A stretch of 63,788 nt of DNA, the filler included, from Cercozoa sp. M6MM (taxonomy: Eukaryota > Protista > Endomyxa: Ascetosporea), in the NCBI GenBank assembly GCA_040357565.1. It is 11 parts of 11 records of this genome, joined end to end, with 100 filler letters (N's around TTAATTAATTAA, not from the genome) between each part and the next. Parts side by side here need not be neighbours in the genome. Positions count along the whole stretch, not along the records: positions 61,305 to 62,392 come from JBDODJ010002185.1; positions 62,493 to 63,788 come from JBDODJ010002069.1; 9 more parts are not named here. The stretch is one strand, 5' to 3'. The notes beneath the pieces were generated by a model, which saw only the letters and a list, made by a program, of their open reading frames with translations, ran no database searches and was not told the DNA's origin. Made by a program: the position numbers and the translations under genes. The number at the start of each line of letters is the position of its first letter. Position 1 is the stretch's first letter. Positions 61,318 to 63,788 of the stretch are shown here, one piece after another.

Positions 61318-62392
61318 ACCAGTGCCACGCCACTCGAGATCGGCCAGACCCATGTTTAGCTGCATGCCACTGCTGCAGGGGGGTAAACAGGGGGTAACCA
61401 GGGGGATAGACAGGGGCGTAAACAGGGGGGGGGGGGGGTAAACGGGAGGGGGTAAATAAGGGAGTAAACTGGGGGGGGTAAACGGGAGGGGGTAAATAAG
61501 GGAGTAAACAGGGGGGTAAACAAGGCTGAACGGGGGGTAACCGGGGGGGAGGGGTAAAGGTACCCGCCAGCAAGCTTCTCCTTGCGCACCTGCTGCTCGA
61601 TTCCAAAGGCCCATCGCAGGTGCTCCTGGGAGGTAGAGGGGGTAGAGGAGGTAGAGGAGGTAGGGGGTAAAGGGGGTTGAGGGCGGCTACCTTCTGGTAC
61701 TGGTAGGGCGCAATGCCGGCGGCCAGTTTGAACAACTCTTCCTCCTCCTCGTCGTCCTCCTTGTTCGTGTCGTCCTGAATGGCATCGCGGTCCTTCAGCA
61801 GCACCTTGCTTTTTAGTTTGCTACCGGGAGTAAACAGGGGGTAAACAGGGGGGTAAACAGGGGGGTAAACAGGGGGGTAAACGGGGGAGTGAACAGGGGG
61901 GTAAACAGGGGGGTAAACAGGGGGGCAAACACACCTCAACTTGGCCAGCAACTGGTCGAACTGTTTCTTCTCCATCGCCGTTGCCTTAACAAAACACAGG
62001 GTTCACGCAGCCTTAAAAATTGCCACAAACACAGACAGTCCATTTGTACCGCCTCGCTGGGCGCCTCTGTCGACTCGGCTGTCCGACAACAACAACAACA
62101 ACACATATACACACACACACACACATACACACATACACACGTACAACAGCAACAAGAAAACAACAACGACAGAAAAACAACAACAACAAACAACAAGAAA
62201 ACAACAACAACAAAAAACCAACTCACAAAACTACAAAAAAAGAAACAACAACAACAAAAGCTACAGGTCGATGCGTCGTCCTGATCCTCCTGTTGTTGTT
62301 CCTGTTGTTGTTTTCGTTGCGCCGCCGCGTTAAACAGCGACGTCTGCCGACGCAGCAGCGATCGGATCTCCTCCTGCCGACGGGGGGGGGGG
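61318..62392 (-). CDS. Internal fragment of a hypothetical protein
   Basis: Exons AMEKKQFDQLLAKLR|SKLKSKVLLKDRDA..ELFKLAAGIAPYQYQK|EHLRWAFGIEQQVRKEKLAG are separated by repeat-filled introns. Confidence 0.55.
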
Positions 62393-62509
62393 NNNNNNNN
62401 NNNNNNNNNNNNNNNNNNNNNNNNNNNNNNNNNNNNTTAATTAATTAANNNNNNNNNNNNNNNNNNNNNNNNNNNNNNNNNNNNNNNNNNNNCCCCCCCC
62501 CCCCCGCAG

Positions 62510-63788
62510 GGACGCCGAGACGGCCGTGTTGTTGCTGGAGCACGACGTGCGTGACGAGCCTTGGAGTGACTCGGGTACTCTGTGGTCTCCCAGTTGGTCT
62601 CTCAGTTGGCACGTGTGCGATCGTGTGTGGTCATTCCAATGTGACTGAGTGGTCACTCAGGTGACTGATACGATCATTGTGCGCAGTCATGGCGTGTCTG
62701 CCTGAGAACGACGCGATTCCGCCGAGTGAAGAAGAGGCGTGTCGCAACGGCAGTGGACGGTTTAACCCCCCCCCCCTCTACCCCTACCCCTCCCCTTTAC
62801 CCCCCTGTCGCTGAGCAGACGACGCGACCTGCGGCACCTGTTGGTGTGCAGCATCGATCCTCCCGGGTAGCATCATTTACCCCCTACCCCCTACCCCTAC
62901 CCTTATCCCCTACCCTTACCCCTACCCGGGCAGGTGCAAGGACATTGACGATACGCTGCACTGCCGCGCGGTACCGGGTCGACCGGGCGTGGTAGAGGTG
63001 GGCGTGCACATCGCCGACGTCACGCACTATGTGCGACCTAACACGGCGCTCGACAAGGAGGGTCAGCGACGTGCCACCTCGGTGTACCTGGTATGTTATC
63101 CCTCTACCCCCTACCCTACCCCTACCCCTTTACCCCCTACCCCCACCCTACCCCTGGGCCCCGCCCGCACCCTCCCCCTCGAGTCCCCCGACCCCCACCC
63201 TCCAGCCGTCCCCCCTACCCCCCCCCCCCCAGGTGGAGAGACGTATCGACATGCTGCCGACGCAGCTGAGTACGAACTGTTGCTCACTCGTGGCCGATCG
63301 CGATCGACTCGCCTTCTCGGTGCTGTGGCACATGCGACTCGACACGGTACCCCTACCCCCTACCCCTACCTCTACCCCCTTACCCTCTACCCCCTTACCC
63401 CCTACCCCCTACCTCGCTTGCCTCCCCTTTACCCACACTCACAGGCAGAGGTGCTCAAGGTCGACTTCTGCAAATCTATCATTCGCAGTCGGTAGTCAGA
63501 CCCCCCGACCCCCGGTGCCCCGCGGGGGGGGCCCCGCCCCCCGGGGGAGAGCTGCACTGTCGTACGCCGAGGCACAGCGTCGTATCGACGATAAGAGCGA
63601 CATGTCGGATCTTACTAGGTTAGCTTCTAACTTCCCTTATCCCTACACCTGTACCCCTGGTGTGCAGTGCGATTCGCAAGCTGCTGCATTTGTCGCTGCA
63701 GCTGAAGCAACAACGCATCGACGCCGGCGCGCTGCAGCTGGCCTCCACCGACGTCAAGTTCAAGTCTTACCCCCCTTCTTACCCCCCT
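62510..63788 (+). CDS. DIS3: Exosome catalytic subunit DIS3/RRP44, RNB domain fragment
   Basis: [71 protein letters not shown] and [16 protein letters not shown]. Confidence 0.94.

Noticed and set aside
1-63788. Non-standard genetic code or stop-codon readthrough
   Set aside because: TAA, TAG and TGA all terminate recognisable genes (PEX10, TFIIE, LENG8). Apparent in-frame stops I examined were resolved by introns.
1-63788. Transposons, tRNA or rRNA genes
   Set aside because: I saw no transposase, RT or integrase motifs, cloverleaf structures or rRNA-like sequence by eye. Small ncRNAs could have been missed without a covariance-model search.

Overview
Eukaryotic nuclear DNA from a compact, intron-rich, protist-like genome; the taxon cannot be determined from the sequence. 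The window is not a contiguous locus. It is 11 contigs joined by artificial 100-nt linkers (44 N + TTAATTAATTAA + 44 N), with additional pure-N gaps, and almost every break falls in an intronic microsatellite or homopolymer. Manual splicing (GT-AG introns, mostly ~50-120 nt, some repeat-expanded to ~300 nt) recovers about 24 genes or gene fragments: a kinesin-6-like motor, LENG8/THP3, TFIIE-alpha, PEX10, TFIIF-alpha, a CEPT-type phosphotransferase, a rhomboid protease, an atypical kinase, ATG4, an FKBP fragment, a degenerate ABC ATPase, a class II HDAC, SRP receptor alpha, VPS68/TMEM50, a tandem PNP-fold protein, DIS3/RRP44 and several orphans, including one ~14-kb gene. Most notable observations: (1) a 3' splice acceptor sits directly upstream of most start codons in tightly packed head-to-head gene pairs, the pattern expected of spliced-leader trans-splicing or obligatory 5'-UTR introns; (2) the ~14-kb orphan protein carries a dispersed P-x-x-x-W helical repeat reminiscent of OPR proteins; (3) the tandem PNP-fold protein appears catalytically dead and its gene contains a perfect 81-bp-arm foldback covering an exon and its donor site; (4) intronic repeats are strand-polarised. 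Gene models were spliced by eye and family calls rest on recalled motifs, not database searches.
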